Shown one piece after another: positions 43,366 to 52,547 of a DNA stretch of 64,000 bases. The stretch is taken from contig JBDXGY010000006.1 of the NCBI GenBank assembly GCA_039989895.1, forward strand, positions 835,092 to 899,091, in the 5' to 3' direction. The notes under the pieces are model-generated. The model was not told the origin of the DNA. It saw only the letters and a list, made by a program, of their open reading frames with translations, and did no database searches. A program made the translations under genes and the position numbers. Origin of the DNA: Hyphomicrobiales bacterium (GTDB lineage: Bacteria; Pseudomonadota; Alphaproteobacteria; Rhizobiales; JACESI01). The number at the start of each line of letters is the position of its first letter. Within the stretch, counting starts at the first letter, position 1.

Positions 43366-43994
43366 TTGAGAGTGGGTTTAATTTTTGGTGCTGGTACAGC
43401 ACCTTCTTCCACAGGTGCATCTCCAGCTGGCGGCGTATCATTACCAAATCCACGCCCTCCCAAATCATCATTTGACGTGGTTATCGGTTTTTCTGAAAAC
43501 TGTTCACCAGATTTGCAATCAGCAAGCCAAACATCATAAACCGCATGTTCAACGGCGTGTAGACCAGGACTTGCTGCAAACATCCACCCATTGAAAAGCG
43601 GCTGCACCTTACGATCAAGCGTCACTTCAGCCACCTCAACAAAACTCGTTGTTTGCGGCGTTTGCGTAGCTGGTCGCGTATAGCAAATTTTTGGTGTGAC
43701 CTGCAAAGCGCCAAATTGCACCGTTTCGTCAACTTTAACGTCAAATCGAATGATCCGACCTGTAATTTTATCGAGGCCTGCAAAAACGGCCACTTCGTTT
43801 TCAATCTTAGTCTCTACAGAAGGCGCTTGATTTCCACTCTGATCCACTGGAGCTAACGATCTAACTTTAATCTCATTTGCCAAGACAAAACTCGGATAAA
43901 GGACGCCTGCTGCCAAAACAACAGCGAACCGATTCAATATATTCAAACTGAAATTATTTCGATGTTTAATCATATATCCGGACTGCGGTGTCAT
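43362..43994 (-). CDS. DUF2155-domain periplasmic protein
   Basis: Signal peptide and a GLDKITGR motif, with the usual alphaproteobacterial pairing to an NDUFA12-like gene. The start may instead be the ATG at 43973. Confidence 0.65.
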   Translation of the reverse strand: MTPQSGYMIKHRNNFSLNILNRFAVVLAAGVLYPSFVLANEIKVRSLAPVDQSGNQAPSVETKIENEVAVFAGLDKITGRIIRFDVKVDETVQFGALQVTPKICYTRPATQTPQTTSFVEVAEVTLDRKVQPLFNGWMFAASPGLHAVEHAVYDVWLADCKSGEQFSEKPITTSNDDLGGRGFGNDTPPAGDAPVEEGAVPAPKIKPTLN

Positions 43995-44021
43995 CTTGAA
44001 ATTCTTATTGTGAGTTCAAAA

Positions 44022-44402
44022 CTATGGTGTCCAAGCTTCATATTCACCATTTGTGGTTGTTTTAGGTTCCGCATTCAAAAGCGAACTGGCCGGACGATAG
44101 GCATTTACCGTTCCTGTTGCATTTCTTTTATGCTCAAGTTCCCAATCCTTTTTCAGATAGGATTGATCGCTCGGCGGTGTTTTGACTTTATGATGTATCC
44201 ACCCGTGCCATCCAGATGGAATCGAAGACGCCTCAACAAGATCGTCGTAAATCACCCAACGGCGCGTATCATCGAAATTACGATAGTAGACATTGCCAGA
44301 ATCATCCTCGCCAACACGTTCCCCATGTCTCCATGTATAAAACCGTGTGCCGAGGGTTTGACCGCGCCACCATGTGAATATTTGCAATAAGAAATTTTTC
44401 AT
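44022..44402 (-). CDS. NADH:ubiquinone oxidoreductase subunit NDUFA12-family protein
   Basis: FTWWRGQTLGTRFYTW...YYRN...RRWVIY...GWHGWIHH pattern. The start was trimmed to the ATG at 44402. Confidence 0.8.
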   Translation of the reverse strand: MKNFLLQIFTWWRGQTLGTRFYTWRHGERVGEDDSGNVYYRNFDDTRRWVIYDDLVEASSIPSGWHGWIHHKVKTPPSDQSYLKKDWELEHKRNATGTVNAYRPASSLLNAEPKTTTNGEYEAWTP

Positions 44403-44578
44403 TATCCACCGTTTTGGAAGAATCCACACTATATCCCCTTATCGCCAATTCATACGCGGATGTCCAGCATAGTTATAGCTCATCAACATAGCTGAAACAT
44501 GTTGGTTTTAAGCAGGTTTCAATCACGCAATGGGGTAAGCTGATTTTTTTATGAATATCCCCGCTATCCTCATAAACA

Positions 44579-44594
44579 GCACTATATTTAGACA
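44579..44594 (+). promoter_or_regulatory. third NrdR-box-like site (distal copy)
   Basis: GCACTATATTTAGACA, sharing CACTATATTTAG..ATTTG with the 44877 box. No convincing partner box lies 31 bp away. Confidence 0.3.
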
Positions 44595-44845
44595 TTTGCA
44601 ATTTTCCATATACTAGTGCTTGACGAGCAAAACCGATTCACATTAGTTTCATTTTCATGTGAGGATAACTTCTTCACTGAAGTTTCTCAGTAATCAGTAA
44701 AAACTGACTTTCGACCTCTTTTCCTTGGCTAACCGCCATAGAAAGAGACGGATCTGTTTGGTCAATTTTCTAAATTGAATAAACGTCGCAGGGGATAGAA
44801 CAATTGACGAAGCACACTAAAAAGGCTGTGGGGAACTAAAAATAG

Positions 44846-44892
44846 ACACAAAATATAGCGACAATATCGCTTAGTAACACTATATTTAGTAT
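44846..44892 (+). promoter_or_regulatory. pair of NrdR-box-like sites overlapping a candidate nrdJ promoter
   Basis: ACACAAAATATAGCGA (44846-44861) and ACACTATATTTAGTAT (44877-44892) start 31 bp apart. Both resemble the recalled NrdR consensus acaCwAtATaTwGtgt. They overlap GCGACA (44858) - N17 - TATATT (44881). Confidence 0.5.
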
Positions 44893-45173
44893 TTGGGGGC
44901 AAATCTTATACATATTGATTACAGTGATTCTTATTAAAGAAATCACTACAAAAGACGCTCGAATTGCGTGAAGTAAAACTGAATAAGAAAATAACGACCA
45001 TTCATCACAATGGTAGGTGAAACGAATTTAAGTAAGAGCCGAAAGGCTCGATTATGGGAACAAGCAGGTAGTTTGGTGGCAAACGTTGATGAACGAATGA
45101 GTTGATCAAACGATTATTTAAACACCCGCTTTATGAACACACAAATAAGGCTGAATGGCCAGAGGGAAAAAAC

Positions 45174-48100
45174 GTGCGGATTGAAAGACATTATACTAAG
45201 AAGAGCAAGTCAGCCTACGGCAACATCGAATTTCGTGAAGCAACAAGTGAAATTAAAAATCCGGACGGAACAATTGTTTTTAAACTTGATAATATTCAAG
45301 TTCCAAGTCAATTCAGCCAAGTTGCAAGCGATATCCTTGCACAAAAATATTTCCGCAAGGCTGGCGTCCCTGCACGTTTGAAAAAGGTCGAAGAAAACGA
45401 TGTGCCCTCTTTCTTGTGGCGCTCGGTGGCCGACGAAAAAGCTTTAGAAAAACTACCAGAGGACGAGCGTTATGGCTCTGAAATAGATGCCCGCCAAGTT
45501 TTTGATCGTCTTGCTGGCACATGGACCTATTGGGGTTGGAAAGGCGGCTATTTCGATAGTGATGATGACGCGCAGGCTTTTTATGACGAGTTACGCTACA
45601 TGCTTGCAACCCAGCGCTGTGCACCAAACAGCCCGCAGTGGTTTAATACTGGGCTACATTGGGCTTATGGCATTGATGGACCGGGCCAAGGTCACCACTA
45701 TGTTGATTATAAAACCGGCAAGCTGACAAAATCTAAGTCCTCCTATGAGCACCCGCAGCCTCATGCGTGTTTCATTCAGTCTGTTGCTGATGATCTCGTC
45801 AATGAAGGCGGCATTATGGATCTTTGGGTCCGTGAAGCGCGCCTATTCAAATATGGTTCAGGCACCGGCTCAAACTTCTCGCATCTACGCGGATCAGGTG
45901 AATCACTCGCAGGCGGCGGCAAATCATCTGGCCTTATGAGCTTCCTCAAAATCGGTGACCGCGCAGCAGGCGCCATTAAATCAGGCGGCACAACACGCCG
46001 CGCCGCTAAAATGGTTGTTGTTGATATCGATCACCCAGATATCGAGGAGTACATCAACTGGAAGGTGAAAGAAGAGCAAAAAGTTGCAGCCCTTGTCACC
46101 GGCTCAAAAATCGCCTCAAAACACCTTAAAGCCATCATGAAAGCCTGTGTGAACTGTTCGGGTTCTGGCGATGATTGTTTTGATGTTTTGAAAAACCCTG
46201 TGCTGAAGCGCGAAGTTCGTGCTGCCAAGAAAGCACTCGTGCCTGAAAACTACGTGCAGCGCGTTATTCAATTTGCCAAGCAAGGCTATAAGAATATTGA
46301 ATTCCCCGTTTATGACACAGATTGGGATAGCGAAGCTTATCTGACTGTTGCAGGCCAAAACTCTAACAATTCCGTACGCGTCACTGATGACTTCCTTCGT
46401 GCCGTAGAAGAAGACAGCACATGGGACCTCACGGGCCGCATTTCTCGTCAAGTTGTGAAAACAGTTCAAGCGCGTGATCTATGGGAACAAGTTGGCCATG
46501 CCGCATGGGCATCAGCTGATCCGGGCATTCAATATCACACCACAATCAACGACTGGCACACCTGCCCTGCCGCTGGTGAAATCAGAGCCTCCAATCCTTG
46601 TTCTGAATATATGTTCTTGGATGACACGGCCTGTAACCTTGCCTCTCTCAATCTGCTTCAGTTCCGCGATAAAGACGGCACTTTTCAGGTCAATGAATTT
46701 GAGCATGGCGTGCGCCTTTGGATGATCGTTCTGGAAATTTCGGTTTTGATGGCGCAATTCCCATCAAAAGAGATTGCTCAGCTTTCTTATAAATACCGCA
46801 CAACTGGCCTTGGCTTTGCCAATATCGGCGGATTTCTTATGACGTCTGGCATTCCTTATGACAGTGACGAAGGCCGCGCGATTTGTGGTGCGATCTCAGC
46901 TATTATGACGGGTGTTTGTTATGCGACATCGGCGGAGATGGCGAAAGAACAAGGCCCCTTCCCGGGCTATAAACCAAACCGCGATGCGATGCTGCGTGTG
47001 ATGCGCAATCACCGTCGCGCTGCCTATGGCGAAAGCAGCGGCTATGAAGCATTGAGCGTTGATCCTGTGCCACTCGTGGCAAGCGACTGCCCACAAGCAA
47101 GCTTGATTGAACGAGCGAAACTGGCTTGGGATAATGCGGTTGAGCTTGGCGAAAAACACGGCTATCGCAATGCGCAAGCCACGGTGGTTGCACCAACAGG
47201 CACAATTGGCCTTGTGATGGATTGTGACACGACAGGCATTGAGCCTGATTTTGCCTTGGTCAAATTCAAGAAGCTCGCCGGCGGTGGTTATTTCAAAATC
47301 ATCAACCGTGCGGTGCCTGAGGCTCTGCGCACTCTCGGCTATAGCGAAAGCGAATTGGCAGAAATTGAAGCTTATGCCGTGGGCCATGGCTCATTAGCAC
47401 AAGCACCGGCCATCAATCACTCAACGTTGAAAACCAAAGGTTTCACCGATGAGAAAATTGCAGCCGTTGAAGCAGGCCTTGCCTCCGCCTTTGACATCAA
47501 ATTCATGTTCAACAAATGGACGCTGGGCGAAGATTTCTGCAAAGAAACATTGAACCTTAGCGATGAACAGCTAAACGACATGAACTTCGATCTTCTTTCA
47601 GCCATTGGCTTTTCGAAAGACGACATTGAAGCGGCCAACAATCACGTCTGTGGCACGATGACGCTAGAAGGCGCGCCTTTCCTCACAGAAGAGCATTATC
47701 CAGTCTTTGATTGTGCCAATCCATGTGGTCGCATCGGCAAGCGTTTCTTGTCCGTCAACAGCCATATCGACATGATGGCCGCCTCACAGCCGTTCATCTG
47801 TGGTGCAATTTCAAAAACCATCAACATGCCAAATGCGGCGACGGTTGAAGATTGTAAAGACGCCTATATGCGCTCATGGCAAAAAGCCTTGAAAGCAAAC
47901 GCGCTTTACCGTGATGGCTCCAAACTCTCACAACCTCTCAATGCCTCTCTTCTTGAAGATGAGGATATGGAGGACGATGAGACAGCAGAAGAATTGGCTG
48001 CAATGCCGCAAACAGCGCAAGTTGAAAAGGTCTCTGAGAAAATCGTTGAGCGGATCATCGAGCGCGCGGTACGCGAACGCGAAAAAATGCCAGATCGCCG

Positions 48101-48923
48101 TAAAGGCTACACTCAAAAAGCCCGTGTTGGCGGCCATAAGGTCTATGTCACCACTGGCGAATATGGTGATGGTCGTCTTGGCGAAATCTTCATCGATATG
48201 CACAAAGAAGGCGCTGCCTTCCGTGCGATGATGAATAACTTTGCGATCGCTATCTCGCTCGGTCTTCAATATGGCGTGCCACTAGAAGAATATGTCGAGG
48301 CCTTTACCTTCACCCGCTTTGAACCAGCCGGTATGGTGCAGGGTAATGAAGCGATCAAAAACGCAACATCTATCCTTGATTATATCTTCCGTGAATTGGC
48401 GGTCTCTTATCTTGGTCGTCATGATTTGGCCCATGTGGACACATCAGACTTCGGCAATACGTCGCTTGGCAAAACCCAGCCAGAAGATAATGGCGCGGGC
48501 CATGTGGTTTCACGCGGCTTAGTGCGCGGTCAAACGCTGAAGCTTCACTCAAATAACGACATAAGCAGCAGCGACAAAGGCTCCTCAGCGAGCGCTTCTG
48601 ATGGCGGATCAAATATCACCGCAATTGGTGGCGCGAGCACAAGCGGCGCCTCTGCCGGTCTTGCCACATCAGGCGCCACAGCTTTGATGCGCGAAGTGGA
48701 AGCAGAGATCGAAGTCAACTCCGGCTTCGCCTCACCGGCACAAGATGCCTATGAGGACACCGAGCCAATGCCAAAGCCGCTCGATACGGCTGAACAGCGC
48801 GCTCAAGCCCGTATGAAAGGCTATGAAGGCGAAGCCTGCTCCGAATGCGCCAACTTCACCATGGTGCGCAACGGCACCTGCCTGAAGTGCGACACCTGCG
48901 GCAACACGAGTGGGTGTAGCTAG
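45174..48923 (+). CDS. nrdJ: class II (adenosylcobalamin-dependent) ribonucleoside-diphosphate reductase
   Basis: Long alphaproteobacterial NrdJ pattern: RIERHYTK N-terminus, SNPCSEY active-site loop and a Cys-rich C-terminal tail (CSECANF...[14 protein letters not shown]). I chose the GTG at 45174, with SD AGAGGGA 6 nt upstream, over the track's TTG at 45102. Confidence 0.93.
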   Translation: MRIERHYTKKSKSAYGNIEFREATSEIKNPDGTIVFKLDNIQVPSQFSQVASDILAQKYFRKAGVPARLKKVEENDVPSFLWRSVADEKALEKLPEDERYGSEIDARQVFDRLAGTWTYWGWKGGYFDSDDDAQAFYDELRYMLATQRCAPNSPQWFNTGLHWAYGIDGPGQGHHYVDYKTGKLTKSKSSYEHPQPHACFIQSVADDLVNEGGIMDLWVREARLFKYGSGTGSNFSHLRGSGESLAGGGKSSGLMSFLKIGDRAAGAIKSGGTTRRAAKMVVVDIDHPDIEEYINWKVKEEQKVAALVTGSKIASKHLKAIMKACVNCSGSGDDCFDVLKNPVLKREVRAAKKALVPENYVQRVIQFAKQGYKNIEFPVYDTDWDSEAYLTVAGQNSNNSVRVTDDFLRAVEEDSTWDLTGRISRQVVKTVQARDLWEQVGHAAWASADPGIQYHTTINDWHTCPAAGEIRASNPCSEYMFLDDTACNLASLNLLQFRDKDGTFQVNEFEHGVRLWMIVLEISVLMAQFPSKEIAQLSYKYRTTGLGFANIGGFLMTSGIPYDSDEGRAICGAISAIMTGVCYATSAEMAKEQGPFPGYKPNRDAMLRVMRNHRRAAYGESSGYEALSVDPVPLVASDCPQASLIERAKLAWDNAVELGEKHGYRNAQATVVAPTGTIGLVMDCDTTGIEPDFALVKFKKLAGGGYFKIINRAVPEALRTLGYSESELAEIEAYAVGHGSLAQAPAINHSTLKTKGFTDEKIAAVEAGLASAFDIKFMFNKWTLGEDFCKETLNLSDEQLNDMNFDLLSAIGFSKDDIEAANNHVCGTMTLEGAPFLTEEHYPVFDCANPCGRIGKRFLSVNSHIDMMAASQPFICGAISKTINMPNAATVEDCKDAYMRSWQKALKANALYRDGSKLSQPLNASLLEDEDMEDDETAEELAAMPQTAQVEKVSEKIVERIIERAVREREKMPDRRKGYTQKARVGGHKVYVTTGEYGDGRLGEIFIDMHKEGAAFRAMMNNFAIAISLGLQYGVPLEEYVEAFTFTRFEPAGMVQGNEAIKNATSILDYIFRELAVSYLGRHDLAHVDTSDFGNTSLGKTQPEDNGAGHVVSRGLVRGQTLKLHSNNDISSSDKGSSASASDGGSNITAIGGASTSGASAGLATSGATALMREVEAEIEVNSGFASPAQDAYEDTEPMPKPLDTAEQRAQARMKGYEGEACSECANFTMVRNGTCLKCDTCGNTSGCS

Positions 48924-48949
48924 AACGGCTTAGGGATGAAATGAAGATG

Positions 48950-48974
48950 CGGCGCCCGAGGGCGCCGTTTCTTT
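48950..48974 (+). terminator. rho-independent terminator of nrdJ
   Basis: Stem CGGCGCC/GGCGCCG with a 4-nt loop, followed by TTTCTTT. Confidence 0.75.
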
Positions 48975-49189
48975 ATGGGGATTGTTGGGTTTAATGGGAT
49001 TGGGAATGGCATTAGCTTTTGAGGATTATCTCATTAAATTTTATTACTCAATGACAGCAATGCGGACAAAGTGACACTGAAAAGCTCACCGGGCGCCTTG
49101 ATTGCGCCACCGGATCGATTGTCGACTCAATCTCAAGTCAATATTCATTTTACAATGCCGCGCTGACGGAGTTTCAGAGGCCGAGGTAA

Positions 49190-49939
49190 TCAGAATCGGT
49201 ATGTAAAGGCACCGGAAACAGTCGCGCCCCAAACATTATCTATCTCGAATTCACCAATCGGATCTGCGGGAGGGGCACCGAAAGGCAATCTTGATGAACC
49301 GGTCTCAAAATCTCCATAATAATCCAATCCAGCATTCAAAGTGAACGAAAGAGAATCATTGAAGTCGTGTTCTATCCCCGCAGTGACCCTCGCTGCGAAA
49401 TTGGTTGTTTGTCCATCATCAACAATAGCAAAAAATGGATTCGGAGGCGGGGCATTTTCCAAGATATCTCTAAATTCATTAAACGCTACCCCGACTCCAA
49501 GTCCTAGCTTTAAACGGCTGGATTCAAGAATGGGCATTGAATAGGCGACATTAGCCAAAACCAAATCAGTTGTGGCCTTGCCTCCGTATCTCTGGTCAAA
49601 ATTAGCAATAGCCGGAAAATCGGCTCGAAAATCTAGATCCCCGTCAATGCGATCATAGCTAATGAAGTAACTAAATTCAGGGCTCACTTCGTAGCCAAGG
49701 CGACCACCGATGCTATATGCTGATCCAAATTTGACGTCACGAGATACGCCGCCCCCCGCAAAAGCACTGCCACCGTTGGTTGTGTTTGTAGACCCGCTTC
49801 TGAAACTAGCCCCTGCTTCAACTGCCCCGTAAAACCCGCCAGTTCTGAAGACATCTGCTGAAACATCATCTTCCGCAAAAGCGGCACCTGTCAAAAAGCA
49901 TGATGAAGAAAATAATGCTGCTGTTAATAGCTTTTTCAT
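49190..49939 (-). CDS. outer-membrane beta-barrel protein (second porin-like paralog)
   Basis: Signal peptide MKKLLTAALFSSSCFLTGAAFA, beta-strand periodicity and a C-terminal ...FTYRF. The track ORF's 80-aa N-terminal extension was rejected. Confidence 0.8.
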   Translation of the reverse strand: MKKLLTAALFSSSCFLTGAAFAEDDVSADVFRTGGFYGAVEAGASFRSGSTNTTNGGSAFAGGGVSRDVKFGSAYSIGGRLGYEVSPEFSYFISYDRIDGDLDFRADFPAIANFDQRYGGKATTDLVLANVAYSMPILESSRLKLGLGVGVAFNEFRDILENAPPPNPFFAIVDDGQTTNFAARVTAGIEHDFNDSLSFTLNAGLDYYGDFETGSSRLPFGAPPADPIGEFEIDNVWGATVSGAFTYRF

Positions 49940-50240
49940 GATTTCAATGAATCCCAACCAAACCCATACAGATTGTTCAGTACCACAATACGAGCCTACG
50001 TATACGATATATGTAACACAACCCGATAAACCATTCAATATTAACGAAAAACAGATTCTGATGGAGCGGCAACTCTGGTTCGAGCAGCCACATTTCGCAA
50101 AGTTAATCAGTATCGGATCTGGGCCATAACTGAAGACAAATAGCATTGATGGTAATTCAACTTGCGACACCAATCGCATGTCTGCTTAGGGCTCAAAGCT
50201 GACCTCCAGAACACCCATGCAGATATTTTCTCATCCCCCA

Positions 50241-50288
50241 CCAAAAACCAAAGACCCCGTTGCGCTTTGTATACTTGCGCCAACGGGG
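50241..50288 (-). terminator. rho-independent terminator closing the tRNA-Tyr/tRNA-Gly transcription unit
   Basis: On the minus strand, an 11-bp stem with one bulge (CCCCGTTGGCGC/GCGCAACGGGG) is followed by TCTTTGGTTTTTGG. It lies about 430 nt beyond the tRNA-Gly 3' end. Confidence 0.55.
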
Positions 50289-50672
50289 TATGAGTTCAGT
50301 CGATTTTTCGAGTTGTTTGATACGGCCCGATCAGATCAAGCCGTTATATATAATAGATTTTGATTTTAAACTGCGGGCCATGGCGTCTTTAAGGCTTTAC
50401 TCTCAAAGCGTCGTGGTCCGTGACCGTCCCTTCGGACTTGATCAATACGCACACGTTGGTGGACTCATGGTTCCTCCAGTCTGGCCGCCTCTCCTGTTTA
50501 GCCTTCCTCCAATCATGCCCTGTTGCCGTGTGGGGATACACAGTTCAACACAGCGCATAAGGATGCTAACCAATTGTTTTGGTTGCGATATTAGGCGACA
50601 TAGGGCAAAGCGTGCGCCTCACTTGTTGATTTGTCAAGGATGCTGCTTGAAATGTGAACAATGTTAAAAGCT

Positions 50673-50722
50673 GTCTGGGTAAAGTCTGGGTAAAGTCTGG
50701 GGAAAGTCTGGGGAAAGTCTGG
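50673..50722. repeat. 11-bp tandem repeat, 4.5 copies, running into the CCA end of tRNA-Gly
   Basis: GTCTGGGTAAA x2, GTCTGGGGAAA x2, then GTCTGG. The TGG of that last partial unit (50720-50722) is the complement of the encoded CCA. Confidence 0.9.
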
Positions 50723-50793
50723 AGCGGGTAGCGGGAATCGAACCCGCATATTCAGCTTGGAAGGCTGCTGCACTACCATTGTGCTATACCCGC
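50720..50793 (-). tRNA. tRNA-Gly (anticodon UCC)
   Basis: Acceptor GCGGGUA/UACCCGC, anticodon loop CUUCCAA, T-arm GCGGG-UUCGAUU-CCCGC, discriminator U, encoded CCA. Confidence 0.92.
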
Positions 50794-50832
50794 ACCATAG
50801 GTGCGCAAATAAACTCACGATACAAAAAACGA

Positions 50833-50916
50833 TGGTGGAGGAGGTTGGATTCGAACCAACGTAGCATACGCAGCGGATTTACAGTCCGCCCCCTTTAGCC
50901 ACTCGGGCACTCCTCC
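50833..50916 (-). tRNA. tRNA-Tyr (anticodon GUA)
   Basis: Acceptor GGAGGAG/CUCCUCC, anticodon loop CUGUAAA, long variable arm, T-arm GUUGG-UUCGAAU-CCAAC, encoded CCA. Confidence 0.92.
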
Positions 50917-50978
50917 CAATCGTTTCAACACATTGCAAAAACAATGGGATCGATATCGCACAGCGATCACCGAGGGCG

Positions 50979-51007
50979 TTTATGCCGATAGCATGGCGCC
51001 CTGTCAA
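50979..51007 (-). promoter_or_regulatory. candidate sigma70-type promoter for the tRNA-Tyr/Gly unit
   Basis: On the minus strand, TTGACA (51007-51002), a 17-nt spacer and CATAAA (50984-50979), about 60 nt upstream of tRNA-Tyr. Confidence 0.4.
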
Positions 51008-51123
51008 TGGGGAAATCATATGCAATCGCTTAGCCCCTCTATTCTTTCTCTCAAGAAGCGACTAATGCTGTTGTTATTGTTCCTGATTTTAACACAAAAG
51101 GCAGAACTGAAAGACCGTGATTG

Positions 51124-51924
51124 ATGGCAGATAAAAAGAAAAAAGCCCCGCGCAAGCAATGGAATAATAGGCCTAAAAAACAATCGAGTGGTGCGCCAAC
51201 GCTCAACCCCGATGAGATTGTGCTTTATGGCATCCATGCCGTCAAAGCAGCGCTTTTGAACAAGAAGCGTCGCTTTATCAAAGTCCTCGCCACGCGCAAT
51301 GCTGCCGATCGCTTGACTGAGAGCCTCAACGCACGCGGTTTAAGCGCCGATATTGTAGAACCAGAGGCAATCAACGCCCTCACCGGGCCTGAAGCCGTAC
51401 ATCAAGGCATGGCAGCCCTCGTCAGGCCCATAGAGACACAAGACATCCACGATGTGCAAGATGCAAAGCTTGTGATCGTGCTGGACCAGATAACAGACCC
51501 TCATAATGTCGGTGCGATTATGCGCTCAGCCACAGCGCTTGGGGTTGATGCCATCATCACAACCCACCGCAACGCACCCAGAGAAACCGGATTATTGGCC
51601 AAAACAGCATCCGGCGGTCTTGAGCACATCAATCTTGTGAATGTGACAAACCTTGCCCAAGCACTCACCAAACTGAATGATTTCGGCTTTGTGACCATCG
51701 GACTTGATAGCGAAGGGCCGCAAGGCTTAAATGAGACGCTCTACGGCGATAAAATAGCCCTCGTCTTGGGTGCAGAAGGCAAAGGCCTGCGCCGCCTCAC
51801 CCGTGAGCGCTGTGACGTGCTCGCGCGGCTTGATATGCCAGGCCCAATCAAAAGCCTGAACGTCTCAAATGCCGCAACACTTTCCACATTTATGGCGTCG
51901 CAATATTTAAACAAGAAGACATAA
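51124..51924 (+). CDS. rlmB: 23S rRNA (guanosine-2'-O)-methyltransferase, SpoU/TrmH family
   Basis: Lys-rich N-terminus, an L30e-like substrate-binding domain and SpoU motifs (DQITDPHNVGAIMRSA, LVLGAEGKGL, LNVSNA). Confidence 0.9.
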   Translation: MADKKKKAPRKQWNNRPKKQSSGAPTLNPDEIVLYGIHAVKAALLNKKRRFIKVLATRNAADRLTESLNARGLSADIVEPEAINALTGPEAVHQGMAALVRPIETQDIHDVQDAKLVIVLDQITDPHNVGAIMRSATALGVDAIITTHRNAPRETGLLAKTASGGLEHINLVNVTNLAQALTKLNDFGFVTIGLDSEGPQGLNETLYGDKIALVLGAEGKGLRRLTRERCDVLARLDMPGPIKSLNVSNAATLSTFMASQYLNKKT

Positions 51925-51999
51925 TGAAAATATAGTTTTGATATTTGACTACATGGCACTGATATTCTATTAGGAAAATACCATTTTAAGGGGGAAGTT

Positions 52000-52116
52000 A
52001 TGAATAAAAAGAAATATACAAAGCCAACTTTGAATAAGAAAATCAACTTAACAAAAGTAGTTGCGGTACAAGCTTCACCGGTAGTAAGCGGCAAATTTTT
52101 TGGCACACTAGATTAA
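52000..52116 (+). CDS. small ORF, 38 aa: MNKKKYTKPTLNKKINLTKVVAVQASPVVSGKFFGTLD
   Basis: SD AAGGGGGA 5 nt upstream of the ATG, own terminator, and a paralog whose leader differs only by synonymous changes. It is below the ORF-track size cutoff. Confidence 0.6.
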   Translation: MNKKKYTKPTLNKKINLTKVVAVQASPVVSGKFFGTLD

Positions 52117-52146
52117 ATATCAAAATTGATATATTGAACTATAACA

Positions 52147-52178
52147 AGAACCCGCTTCATTGAAGCGGGTTCTTTTTT
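52147..52178 (+). terminator. rho-independent terminator of small ORF 1
   Basis: 12-bp stem AGAACCCGCTTC/GAAGCGGGTTCT followed by a T6 run. Confidence 0.85.
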
Positions 52179-52304
52179 GCAATTAACTTGGAAATTGAGC
52201 GAAATAAGAATAGAGCTATATTGGCAATACGTTAGGATATCAATATTTGACTGAATAGTAATTATATCTTACTCGTAGAAAACATCATTTTAAGGGGAGA
52301 AGTT

Positions 52305-52418
52305 ATGAATAAAAAGAAATATACAAAGCCAACTTTGAATAAAAAAATCAACCTCACAAAAGTAGTTTCAGGTGGCCCAAATCTAGAAGGTGTAGCACCG
52401 GTAGCAAGCGGCGCATAG
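52305..52418 (+). CDS. small ORF, 37 aa: MNKKKYTKPTLNKKINLTKVVSGGPNLEGVAPVASGA
   Basis: SD AAGGGGAGA, first 21 codons encoding the same peptide as ORF 1, own terminator. The stop codon is created by a 14-nt internal tandem duplication (TAGCAAGCGGCG-CA-TAGCAAGCGGCG, 52402-52427). Confidence 0.55.
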   Translation: MNKKKYTKPTLNKKINLTKVVSGGPNLEGVAPVASGA

Positions 52419-52476
52419 CAAGCGGCGTATTTTTGAGTAGGATTAAATATCAAAATTGATATATTGAACTATAACA

Positions 52477-52508
52477 AGAACCCGCTTCATTGAAGCGGGT
52501 TCTTTTTT
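52477..52508 (+). terminator. rho-independent terminator of small ORF 2 (also faces the convergent 52548-53321 gene)
   Basis: Identical hairpin AGAACCCGCTTC/GAAGCGGGTTCT plus T6. Confidence 0.85.
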
Positions 52509-52547
52509 GCAATTAACTTGGAAATTGAGCGCAATAAAAATAGAGCT

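Noticed and set aside
44430-45173. Possible cobalamin riboswitch in the long region upstream of the B12-dependent nrdJ.
   Set aside because: I could not find the conserved core elements (GCCACUG, the B12 box AGxCxGxAGACCxGCC, GGGAA...GGUG). B12 riboswitches normally repress B12-independent RNRs, not nrdJ. The NrdR-like boxes are the better explanation. An Rfam scan would settle it.
11297-47387. Long antisense or out-of-frame ORFs inside real genes, for example 11297-11695, 14542-14979, 25043-25411, 33301-33708, 36944-37396 and 46896-47387.
   Set aside because: These are shadow ORFs within strongly supported CDSs (pntA, the ubiH-like gene, mfd, glmU, mcl, nrdJ). Their translations are low-complexity and carry no motifs.
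50260-50667. 135-aa plus-strand ORF between the porin gene and tRNA-Gly.
   Set aside because: It has no RBS, a Cys/Arg/Pro-rich low-complexity translation with no recognisable domain, and lies in the tRNA trailer on the opposite strand. I treat it as non-coding.
50289-50672. Known structured ncRNA (SRP RNA, RNase P RNA, tmRNA, 6S) in the tRNA-Gly trailer.
   Set aside because: A GUCCGAAGGGACGG hairpin superficially recalls SRP domain IV. But the AGCAGCC partner, the RNase P GGAAAGUCCGG core and a tRNA-like CCA end are all absent. No assignment is possible by eye.
52000-52418. Assigning the two small peptides specifically as lasso-peptide precursors.
   Set aside because: Cleavage after LTK would leave cores that start with Val-Val. 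Only copy 2 would have an acidic residue at position 7-9 (E9); copy 1 has none. The Leu-to-Thr(-2) spacing is 3 residues shorter than the canonical leader. No cyclase, protease or RRE gene is in the window. I kept only the generic precursor-like description.
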